DNA of 64,000 nt from a virus (taxonomy: Duplodnaviria; Caudoviricetes), in IMG/VR virus record IMGVR_UViG_3300048901_000236, positions 6,407 to 70,406 of that record; one strand, 5' to 3'. Below are positions 56,974 through 64,000 of this stretch, piece after piece. The stretch's first letter is position 1; the number at the start of each line of letters is the position of its first letter. The notes under the pieces are model-generated. The model saw only the letters and a program-made list of their open reading frames with translations. It was not told where the DNA came from and made no database searches. Both the position numbers and the translations under genes were made by a program.

Positions 56974-58269
56974 ATGCCCGAAGACACACGCCCCATCGAC
57001 CAGATCCCCGGCTTTGATCAATTGCCGTCGATCGATCCCGAAACTTCATCCGCGCTCGACGCGTTGCTCGCCAAACAAACCGGCGAACCCGCTCCGAAAG
57101 ATGAGCCGGCCCCGAAGGATGAACCCGCGCCGAAGGACGAGCCCGCTCCGAAAGATGAGCCGGCCCCGAAGGACGAGCCCGCTCCGAAAGATGAGCCGGC
57201 CTCGAAGGACGAGCCCGCGCCCAAGGACGAGCCCGCTCCGAAAGACGAGCCGACCGCCAAGAAACCAGTTTCGGATGATCTCGACAGCGTCGCGCTTCCG
57301 CCATACACCAAGAGCAAAACCACGGAAGCTTTTGATCAGGTCAAGGCACTCGCGCGCGAGAAGATTTCCGTTTTGGAGACCGAACGGGACGCTCTGAAAA
57401 AGCAAAACGAAGAATTGGCGGCCAAAGCCAAGCAGGGAATCCCTAAAGAGATCGAAGCGGAGCTGAAGGAATTGCGCGAATTCCGTAACAAGCTGGATGT
57501 CGATGCAGATCCCGAATTCAAAAAGTTCGACGAACAGATAAAGGCTAATGACGAAGCCGTGTATTCTCGCATGCTCGCGTCCGGGCTCACCCAGGAGCAC
57601 GTCGAGCAGGTGAAAAAAGCTGGCGGTCCGGCGGCCATCGATTGGGATTCTGTCGCCAGCAAAATGCCGGCTGCGCTGAAGCGTTTCATCGACGCGAAGC
57701 TCGTGGAGAACGAGACCCTGGCGGACAAGAAGGCTCGCACATTGGAGGAGACGAAGAAGAACGCAACGGAATACATTCAGAACAAGCAAGCGGCGGCCGA
57801 AACCGCGCGTGCCGAGAGCACACGAGCCGCGCAGGCGAATGTGGACGAGCTAGTTCCACAGCTTGGATGGCTGGAAGTTCGAAAACCCAAGGCCGACGCG
57901 AGCGATGCCGAGAAAACTATTATTGCAGAGCACAACAAATTGGTCGAAGAGGCCCAAGGATTTTTGAAGGACGCTGTTGCCGATGATTCTCCCGCCGCCC
58001 GGGGACTTTTGGCAGTCGGATATGTGCAACTTTTAAAATTGAGACAAGATACGGCTTTTATGAAAGCCGCGCATGCCGCCAAGGTCAAAGAATTGGAAGG
58101 AAAACTCAAGGAGACCACGGAAATGCTGGAGCGGGTCAAAAAAAGTTCTACTACGCGGCTTCGCAATTCCCCGGCCGACGAAACGCCCACCCCGAAACGG
58201 CTCGATGCCGTCAACGTTTCCGGAAGCGAAGCGCTCGACGCGCACTTCAAAGCCGCCCAGGGCAAATAA
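56974..58269 (+). CDS. capsid scaffolding protein
   Basis: Acidic/Pro-rich N-terminus, long Glu/Lys/Ala coiled coils; upstream of the capsid gene. Confidence 0.65.
   Translation: MPEDTRPIDQIPGFDQLPSIDPETSSALDALLAKQTGEPAPKDEPAPKDEPAPKDEPAPKDEPAPKDEPAPKDEPASKDEPAPKDEPAPKDEPTAKKPVSDDLDSVALPPYTKSKTTEAFDQVKALAREKISVLETERDALKKQNEELAAKAKQGIPKEIEAELKELREFRNKLDVDADPEFKKFDEQIKANDEAVYSRMLASGLTQEHVEQVKKAGGPAAIDWDSVASKMPAALKRFIDAKLVENETLADKKARTLEETKKNATEYIQNKQAAAETARAESTRAAQANVDELVPQLGWLEVRKPKADASDAEKTIIAEHNKLVEEAQGFLKDAVADDSPAARGLLAVGYVQLLKLRQDTAFMKAAHAAKVKELEGKLKETTEMLERVKKSSTTRLRNSPADETPTPKRLDAVNVSGSEALDAHFKAAQGK
57085..57246 (+). repeat. nine tandem 18-bp units encoding (EPAPKD)9
   Basis: Synonymously varied units; unit 7 is EPASKD. 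Confidence 0.95.
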
Positions 58270-58274
58270 TCGCC

Positions 58275-59111
58275 ATGAGCGACGACACCACGAAAGCAAC
58301 TCCCCAAATGTGGGAGGGACGGCAAGTCATGCTGTGCCTCCCTCACTACAAAACGTCTAATCCGCGGACTACCTTTTCGTTGATGGCGATGTTCGATCGT
58401 CGCCGCATGGCGCAGTCGTTGGATTTCGGTGATGCCTTCGTCGCGCATTCCCGCAACAAACTTGCAGCCGGTTTTCTCCGGTCAAAAATGGAGTGGGCGC
58501 TGTTCGTCGACGACGACAACGTGCCGCCCTTCGGAAACGCTGCGCTATACAATTCGTTCACCGGGTTCAATCTGCCCGACAAGTTCGCGGGGATGCATGG
58601 GATTGATCGGCTCATGAGTCATGGAAAAACCCTGATCGGCGGGCTCTACCGCGGCCGATGGCCCCAGTCCGGGCCGGTCTTCGGCGAGGGTCCGGCGTTC
58701 CAACGATACCTGGAAGAAGCTCCGCGAGACGAAGTCCGGGAAACGCAATGGGTCGGATTCGGCTTCGTGCTTGTTCATCGCAGCGTTTTTGAGGACATCG
58801 AAAAGGCGTTCCCGGATCTCGCGCGCGAGGAGGATGGATCCGGCGGAAATTGGTTTACGTCGTCCGAACACGATCTGGTCAAGGCAGTTCAGGAAGCGCT
58901 GGCCGAGTCGGATCCGGAAAAAATGCGGAAGATTCTGGAACTCGGGCTGGCCAAATCCAATCGCACGAGCAATCTCGGGGTGGGCGAGGACGTCATTTTT
59001 TGCCGGCGCGCGGCCCAGGCGGGGCACCAGTGTTTTGTCGATCTGGGCTGCATCGTGGCCCATCTAGGCGAATTTCCATACGGGTATCCCACGAAGCGTC
59101 GCTTATTGTGA
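58275..59111 (+). CDS. family 2-like glycosyltransferase (GT-A)
   Basis: SRNKLA, WALFVDDD, IGGLY, GFGFVLVHRSVFE, GEDVIFC, VAHLG. Confidence 0.82.
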   Translation: MSDDTTKATPQMWEGRQVMLCLPHYKTSNPRTTFSLMAMFDRRRMAQSLDFGDAFVAHSRNKLAAGFLRSKMEWALFVDDDNVPPFGNAALYNSFTGFNLPDKFAGMHGIDRLMSHGKTLIGGLYRGRWPQSGPVFGEGPAFQRYLEEAPRDEVRETQWVGFGFVLVHRSVFEDIEKAFPDLAREEDGSGGNWFTSSEHDLVKAVQEALAESDPEKMRKILELGLAKSNRTSNLGVGEDVIFCRRAAQAGHQCFVDLGCIVAHLGEFPYGYPTKRRLL

Positions 59112-59494
59112 AGCCCCGATCTCCCGAACATCGGAAGCATTTGGCAGAGCAGGCCCGGCAATGGCGGATAAAGAATCCGGTCCGTCGACGAATAAATCGT
59201 CGGAGTTATGATCTGAAGAAGAAATATGGTCTGTCGTTGGAGCAATTTGAAAATATGCTCAACGCGCAGGGAGGAGTATGCGCGATTTGTCGGAAGAAAA
59301 CCGTTCGCATGGCCGTCGACCATTGTCATAAAACCGGCAAAATTCGTGGCATTTTGTGCATCCAATGCAACCCGGGTCTTGGAAAATTTTTTGATTCCCC
59401 CGATCTTTGCCGGCGAGCGGCAGAATATCTGGAGCGGCACCAAAACTTATTACTTGACAAATCCTCGTCGGGCGCAACTTTCCCACTGAGCTAA
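59108..59494 (+). CDS. endonuclease VII-type homing endonuclease
   Basis: KKYGL....F..ML..QGGVCAIC...VDHCH.TGKIRGILC..CN.GLG.F.D; GTGA overlap. Confidence 0.9.
   Translation: MKPRSPEHRKHLAEQARQWRIKNPVRRRINRRSYDLKKKYGLSLEQFENMLNAQGGVCAICRKKTVRMAVDHCHKTGKIRGILCIQCNPGLGKFFDSPDLCRRAAEYLERHQNLLLDKSSSGATFPLS
59454..59481 (+). promoter_or_regulatory. class II promoter-like motif upstream of major capsid
   Basis: TTGACAA-N15-AACTTT. Confidence 0.65.
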
Positions 59495-59620
59495 AATGTC
59501 TCCCTGCTATGCTCCGGCAGGGAATCGGCCTAATGTCGCGTCGGATGGCCTCGATGCGAAAACGGAACCGGCGTAACCCGGTAAAACGACAATCGCCCAA
59601 AATTCTGGGCAAAGACATTT
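59494..59620 (+). promoter_or_regulatory. structured 5' leader of the capsid gene
   Basis: Four hairpins enclosed by AAATGTC/GACATTT pairing that ends at the ATG. Confidence 0.45.
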
Positions 59621-60928
59621 ATGGCAGACTGTATTACCCCAGCGGCCTTGTCCGACATCGCGCAGAAAGATTCCTCGCGTTTGGTTGGTCAGATCGCGAA
59701 AGCCCTCGCGGCTAACTCCCCTTTCATCAACGTAATTGGCGGCGGGACTTTCCCGTCCGGGGTTTCCGATGAAATTAGAACGTCGGTTCAGCAACAGGCG
59801 GCTCCTGGCGATTCCCTCGCCTTGCCCACTTTCGTGTGCGACACCGAATTGTGCGGCACTGTCGGTCTCCAGGATCTGACCGATGCGATCGATTTCACTG
59901 CCCGCCTCGAATCGAAGCGTGGTTTCGGTCCCCGGGTTTGCGTCAAGAAAGGCTATTCGGCCTTCAAGACGTCCTACCTCGCGGCCGAGGATTCCCTCAA
60001 AAAGCTGATGACGCAATACATCAATTCCGATGTGCGCGCCCAGCTCTACCTCCGCTCCGCCTCGAAATTCGTGGCTGCGGTCGGCTGGGACTTCAACTCC
60101 CTGTTCACCGGCGGCAATGAAACCGACGTCGGGGTCAAGTTCGCGCCGATCACCCCCACCGCGCCGATCAGCTTCAAAGCTCTCCATGCAATCGCCCGCT
60201 ACCTCAAGGAAGCGCTGTTCGCCGAGATGTTCGACGCCGGCGGCAAGGGCATGCCCAACTTCCGATTCATCGGCAGCTCGGACATCATCGAGTCGTTCCG
60301 CAATGAGATCGGCGTCAAGGACGTTCTGTGCTGCTTGACCACTGGTCAATACAAGCTCGGCGAAGTGGCAGTTTCCGCCTACTCCTTCGAGCAGGCCCCC
60401 GCCTATCGCGGCATTTCTTTCGGAACCGATCAGCGCCCGCTTCGCTCGAACGGCTTCAACGCCGACGGCACGCTGAATCTGATCGATCCAGTGATCACGG
60501 TGGTCAACACCTGCAAAAACACGGCGTATGCCAAGGCGAACCCCGCATGGCTCACCGCCAGCAACGAAGTCGGCTTCCTTTTCGCTGACAACTCGTTCAA
60601 CCGGTTGACTCCGGAACGCTACACTGGCGAGGGGACTTTCAAGTTCGCTCCTCAGCTTTTCGCCGGCGAACTCGACTGGCACTACGTGATCGACAATGAT
60701 TGCAACGTCTTCGGCGATTTCGGTTGGCATACGTATCAGATTACGCGCGCCTACCAGCCGGTGCGTCCGCAGCACATTGTGCCGATTCTTTACAAACGCT
60801 GCTTGGCCGATCTGGGCCTCGAAGTGTGTGACCCGGCCAGCGCTTCCAGCTACAGCGGTGCGGACTCGTTTGCAACGCTCGGCGTGTGCGAGGCGGAAGA
60901 TTGCAACAACCCCGGCGGTTGCGTCTAA
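59621..60928 (+). CDS. major capsid protein
   Basis: 435 aa after the scaffold, own promoter-like motif, followed by a strong terminator, strongly C/G-ending codons. Confidence 0.75.
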   Translation: MADCITPAALSDIAQKDSSRLVGQIAKALAANSPFINVIGGGTFPSGVSDEIRTSVQQQAAPGDSLALPTFVCDTELCGTVGLQDLTDAIDFTARLESKRGFGPRVCVKKGYSAFKTSYLAAEDSLKKLMTQYINSDVRAQLYLRSASKFVAAVGWDFNSLFTGGNETDVGVKFAPITPTAPISFKALHAIARYLKEALFAEMFDAGGKGMPNFRFIGSSDIIESFRNEIGVKDVLCCLTTGQYKLGEVAVSAYSFEQAPAYRGISFGTDQRPLRSNGFNADGTLNLIDPVITVVNTCKNTAYAKANPAWLTASNEVGFLFADNSFNRLTPERYTGEGTFKFAPQLFAGELDWHYVIDNDCNVFGDFGWHTYQITRAYQPVRPQHIVPILYKRCLADLGLEVCDPASASSYSGADSFATLGVCEAEDCNNPGGCV

Positions 60929-60946
60929 GCCCAAGGATTCGTGGGG

Positions 60947-60983
60947 CGGGGCGGTTCCATCGGGGAACCGCCCCGTTTTTCTT
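60947..60983 (+). terminator. intrinsic terminator
   Basis: CGGGGCGGTTCC-ATCGG-GGAACCGCCCCG-TTTTTCTT. Confidence 0.9.
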
Positions 60984-61008
60984 ATCGGGCAGAATGGATA
61001 ACTGATCT

Positions 61009-61203
61009 ATGATTATGATACCGGAATGGGTGAAAGTAAAAGTCGTTGCAATTACCGGCTTGGCGACCACTGCACTGCCGACTTTTTGGGATCACGTCAG
61101 CCCAATCCTGGATGTCTTGATCAAGGTCGGTCAAGTCGGGGTTGCCGCGGTCACAATCGGATATGTCTACACGAAATGGCGCAACGCGCGCCGAAAGAAA
61201 TGA
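61009..61203 (+). CDS. holin-like small membrane protein
   Basis: Two hydrophobic segments and a basic C-terminus (KWRNARRKK). Confidence 0.5.
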   Translation: MIMIPEWVKVKVVAITGLATTALPTFWDHVSPILDVLIKVGQVGVAAVTIGYVYTKWRNARRKK

Positions 61204-61718
61204 AACGAATTTTTTCCATCCTGGCCGCTCTTGTGTTGACCGGCTGTAGTCTCATACCGCTGGCCCCCGGACACGCCAGTTTTCGTTCTGAGAACGGCTC
61301 GACATACGAAGTCCAGCAATCGCAGAATCCAAAAACGGCGACGACTCAGAAATACGAGCGAACAAAGGACGGAACCGAGAAATTTGAAACCACGATCGGC
61401 GCGGCCCAGAAGGATACCGCTCGCGAGATGGCCGCGAAATTGTCTTCTCTCAAGGGGGTCGTTTGGATCGGGATTTTGGTGTTTTTGTTTGGCGTCGCAT
61501 CCTTTGTATGGCCGCCATTAAAAGTCATCGTCGGCGGGAGCGTCACGACCAGCGCAGTGATTGCTGCGGCCGGCCTCGCGTTAATCATTTTGCCGAGTCT
61601 TTTGGTCGGACACGAGATCCTAATCCTGGCAGTTTGTGCTGGCGTGGCCGGGATCTATTGGTTTGCTCACCGACACGGAACTTTAAAGGGCGTGATCGAT
61701 ACTCTGAAGGAGAAATAA
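61200..61718 (+). CDS. lipoprotein with three C-terminal TM helices (spanin-like candidate)
   Basis: MKRIFSILAALVLTGC lipobox; polar linker; three hydrophobic segments. Confidence 0.55.
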   Translation: MKRIFSILAALVLTGCSLIPLAPGHASFRSENGSTYEVQQSQNPKTATTQKYERTKDGTEKFETTIGAAQKDTAREMAAKLSSLKGVVWIGILVFLFGVASFVWPPLKVIVGGSVTTSAVIAAAGLALIILPSLLVGHEILILAVCAGVAGIYWFAHRHGTLKGVIDTLKEK

Positions 61719-61719
61719 T

Positions 61720-62859
61720 ATGCCGTGTGGAAGCTGCAACGGAAATTGTCACGACTGTGAAAACGGCCAATGCAAAGATTGCATAAACGGAAATCGATGC
61801 AACAACTGCACCCCCTGCAATGCGTGCCCAGTTAACACGGCGGATTGTGAAACTCTGCCGAGTGCGCTGGATAATTTTACACAACAATTCTTTGGGTCGA
61901 TCCAACGAACCGTAGTCGATGGCAAGGTCACCTGGGTGTTACCCGGCGATCTCAACGCGGGCCTTCCTGGCAATCCTCGGCTCGACGGCGAAGGGCTTGC
62001 GACATATTTCCTTCGGCTGTTCAACGATGGTATTATCGGGCTTGTCGGCCCCCAGGGCGACACCGGTGCAACCGGTGCGGCCGGTCACAATGCGTATGCT
62101 GTCGCCACGAGCGGATTCAACACACCGACGCCGGCGGCTCCGGATTCTCAATTCACAATTATTCCCACACCCGTCCTTTCAATCGGTCAGACAGTTTTCA
62201 TTCCGGGGGCGGGCTGGGTGGTGATACTGGATATTTTCCAGAATTCTGAAGTATTTACACGACTAATTGAGCCGATTGCAAATCAGTCCGCTTTCATCCC
62301 TCCCGGCACTTTGATTTTGCCGACGGGCCCGCGAGGCGTCGGCGAAAAAGGAGAAAAAGGCGATAAAGGTAATAAAGGAGATACGGGTGCGACAGGCGCA
62401 ACCGGTGCGGCGGGCACTCCCGGCGCGACGGGTCCCGTAGGTCCCGCTGGCACCGCAGCTACTAACACAAACGGATTGAACACTGGTGGCAATACTGATT
62501 ATACGATGACCAATTCGTATGCCAAAGTGGATTTTGGCACTAACGATTTGGATGCGACGTTGCCCGCGGCCGGAACGTATTTGGTAATCGTTACGCTATC
62601 GTGTCTAAATGACTCGGGAGGAACGCACGAATGGGACTTCAAACTTTTTAATTCCACATTGGCCGCGGATGTTCCGAATACAGAAATGCAAATGGCTATG
62701 GAAGTTCATACCATCTTCACAACGGTTCAATTAATTGCCCAGGTAGTCACCAGTGCGGATAATCAAGTGATCCAGGTTTTTGCGCAATCCAGTTCAGGAG
62801 CCGCAACACAAACCATCGGCTATACTTTATCTCGGCTCTTATATATCCGGCTTCAATGA
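61720..62859 (+). CDS. collagen-repeat fibre protein with Cys-rich N-terminus
   Basis: 11 Cys in the first 43 aa; two Gly-X-Y blocks; C-terminal beta (BclA/C1q-like) domain. Confidence 0.7.
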   Translation: MPCGSCNGNCHDCENGQCKDCINGNRCNNCTPCNACPVNTADCETLPSALDNFTQQFFGSIQRTVVDGKVTWVLPGDLNAGLPGNPRLDGEGLATYFLRLFNDGIIGLVGPQGDTGATGAAGHNAYAVATSGFNTPTPAAPDSQFTIIPTPVLSIGQTVFIPGAGWVVILDIFQNSEVFTRLIEPIANQSAFIPPGTLILPTGPRGVGEKGEKGDKGNKGDTGATGATGAAGTPGATGPVGPAGTAATNTNGLNTGGNTDYTMTNSYAKVDFGTNDLDATLPAAGTYLVIVTLSCLNDSGGTHEWDFKLFNSTLAADVPNTEMQMAMEVHTIFTTVQLIAQVVTSADNQVIQVFAQSSSGAATQTIGYTLSRLLYIRLQ

Positions 62860-63089
62860 ATCTCGGCAATATTCCAATAATTCGGGATGCTGGTGAGTTT
62901 TCTGGTAAATGTAAAACCAAAGCCGGCGTTAAGGTTTTACATCGGATTCATCGCACATTGCCGCCCTTTATTCTTCAAAATGAGGACCAAGAGGTATTAC
63001 AAGACGAATCCGGCGCGCCGATCCTGGACGAGACGACTGGCGCGTATGTTTATGATACGCTGCGCAATGGCGGTGAATTCCAAAGTTGA
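62856..63089 (+). CDS. small virion-associated protein
   Basis: ILQNED.E.LQDESG.PILDE repeat; ATGA-coupled. Confidence 0.5.
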   Translation: MNLGNIPIIRDAGEFSGKCKTKAGVKVLHRIHRTLPPFILQNEDQEVLQDESGAPILDETTGAYVYDTLRNGGEFQS

Positions 63090-63091
63090 TT

Positions 63092-63706
63092 ATGGCAAAA
63101 ATTTCTGCATACGATGACGCGCCACCGAATCCCGTTGGATTTCTTTTCATGGCGGTTCAAATTGGTGTTGACGGAGCTGGAAATCCTGTATATAAGACTT
63201 ATAGAATCGAGCCCGATCGGGTGGGTGCGCAAGGCCCAATCGGACCCCAGGGATTGACCGGTCCGGCGGGCGAACCGGGACCAACTGGCGCAACGGGGGC
63301 AACCGGATCAGCCGGCGCAACCGGAGCCACGGGACCCGCGGGTGCGACAGGTGCGACGGGAGCCACGGGTCCAACCGGGCCGACCGGGCCCGCAGGATCT
63401 TCTTCGTTCGCCGTTCAAACCTACGCGGCGACGTCGAATCTCGACTTCTCGGGCGCGGACTATATTCAGATCACGCTGGCTGGAAATATCACATTCACCA
63501 CATCGAATCGCGCTGCGCCGAAATCCATCACGGTATTCATTGTTGGTGATGGCTCAACTCGAAACTTGACCTTTCCGGCTGGATGGATCTTCGTCGGCGG
63601 CACCGCTCCAACGACGCTCGCCGCCGGCAAAGTCGGCGTGTTGACGGCAACTTGTCGTGGTGTCAATGACTCGGACATTATTTTCGCTTACGCAGTTCAA
63701 AGCTGA
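63092..63706 (+). CDS. collagen-like (GXT) fibre protein
   Basis: Long GP(T/A)GATGAT block; C-terminal [10 protein letters not shown]...TFPAGW...GGTAPT module. Confidence 0.75.
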   Translation: MAKISAYDDAPPNPVGFLFMAVQIGVDGAGNPVYKTYRIEPDRVGAQGPIGPQGLTGPAGEPGPTGATGATGSAGATGATGPAGATGATGATGPTGPTGPAGSSSFAVQTYAATSNLDFSGADYIQITLAGNITFTTSNRAAPKSITVFIVGDGSTRNLTFPAGWIFVGGTAPTTLAAGKVGVLTATCRGVNDSDIIFAYAVQS

Positions 63707-63707
63707 C

Positions 63708-64000
63708 ATGGGAAAATTTCTGTCACTCGCGGATACCGCTTTCCTGAAAAATGGAGGATTCAATCCTGCAAGCATTTCAGGCCTTTGGCGTTGGTATAAA
63801 GCAGATGCATATCTAGGCATTGCGAATGACGGAGATACGGTTGGAGGGGGAACCAACACACGCGGTCCATGGCACGATTATTCGGGGAATGGAGACGATG
63901 CGACTAACGGCACTACGGGACCTGTCTATAAAACGAATCAAATCGGAACGATGCCAATCCTTCAAATGGGAGAACTAAGCTTTTCCCCGGGGGGATTAAA
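63708..64000 (+). CDS. partial virion protein with LamG/ConA-like N-terminal motif (runs off the window)
   Basis: PASISGLWRWYKAD...W.DYSGNG.DAT....P.YKTN. Confidence 0.6.
   Translation, partial: MGKFLSLADTAFLKNGGFNPASISGLWRWYKADAYLGIANDGDTVGGGTNTRGPWHDYSGNGDDATNGTTGPVYKTNQIGTMPILQMGELSFSPGGL

Noticed and set aside
57085-57246. Tandem repeat as a possible CRISPR array
   Set aside because: Units are contiguous, in-frame and without unique spacers; it is a protein repeat.
43723-59494. Homing endonucleases as group I intron-encoded ORFs interrupting terL, pol or capsid
   Set aside because: Flanking genes have complete motif sets and the endonucleases overlap their stops/starts directly; no intron core elements recognised.
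59507-60934. 475-aa antisense ORF opposite the capsid gene (likewise 3844-4596, 4708-5718, 51390-52421 and other long shadow ORFs)
   Set aside because: Shadow frames produced by GC-rich codon bias of real genes on the other strand; no motifs or initiation context.
1-64000. Prophage/host junction, repressor-antirepressor switch, diversity-generating retroelement, anti-CRISPR aca locus
   Set aside because: No host genes, no clear CI/Cro pair, no reverse transcriptase or TR/VR pair, and no recognisable aca were found in the window.

Overview
The whole window is a tailed dsDNA bacteriophage genome segment (Caudoviricetes). It is probably podovirus-like: there is no tape measure, and there are very large internal/ejection proteins. 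No host genes are visible. Three blocks are present. (1) 1-13.0 kb (+): end of the virion module, with a GNAT, pilot/ejection proteins and a 3052-aa polyvalent protein. (2) 13.0-42.2 kb (-): replication/early block, with UvrD-like helicase, phosphoesterase, RuvC-like resolvase, phage sigma factor, primase-helicase, family A DNA polymerase, DUF2800-like nuclease, SF2 helicase, NUDIX, NMP kinase, serine recombinase, an atypical tRNA-Lys(UUU) and many small ORFs. (3) 42.6-64 kb (+): late block, with tail-fibre-like genes, glycosyltransferase-like genes, GDP-fucose synthase, terminase, portal, scaffold, major capsid, lysis-type membrane genes and collagen-like fibres. Seven homing-endonuclease genes or remnants are scattered through the window. 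The most notable signals are: (a) a 28-bp promoter-like motif nTGACAA-N15-AACYTT at exactly fixed spacing upstream of 8 genes/operons, distinct from 7 sigma70-like mostly leaderless promoters, in a phage that encodes its own sigma factor; (b) a giant virion protein whose effector domains are separated by ten [FY]LP motifs; (c) a sugar-nucleotide/glycosyltransferase set embedded in the head-assembly operon; (d) a non-canonical tRNA-Lys; (e) a candidate phage histone-fold protein. Functional calls come from motif recognition only; no database searches were run.
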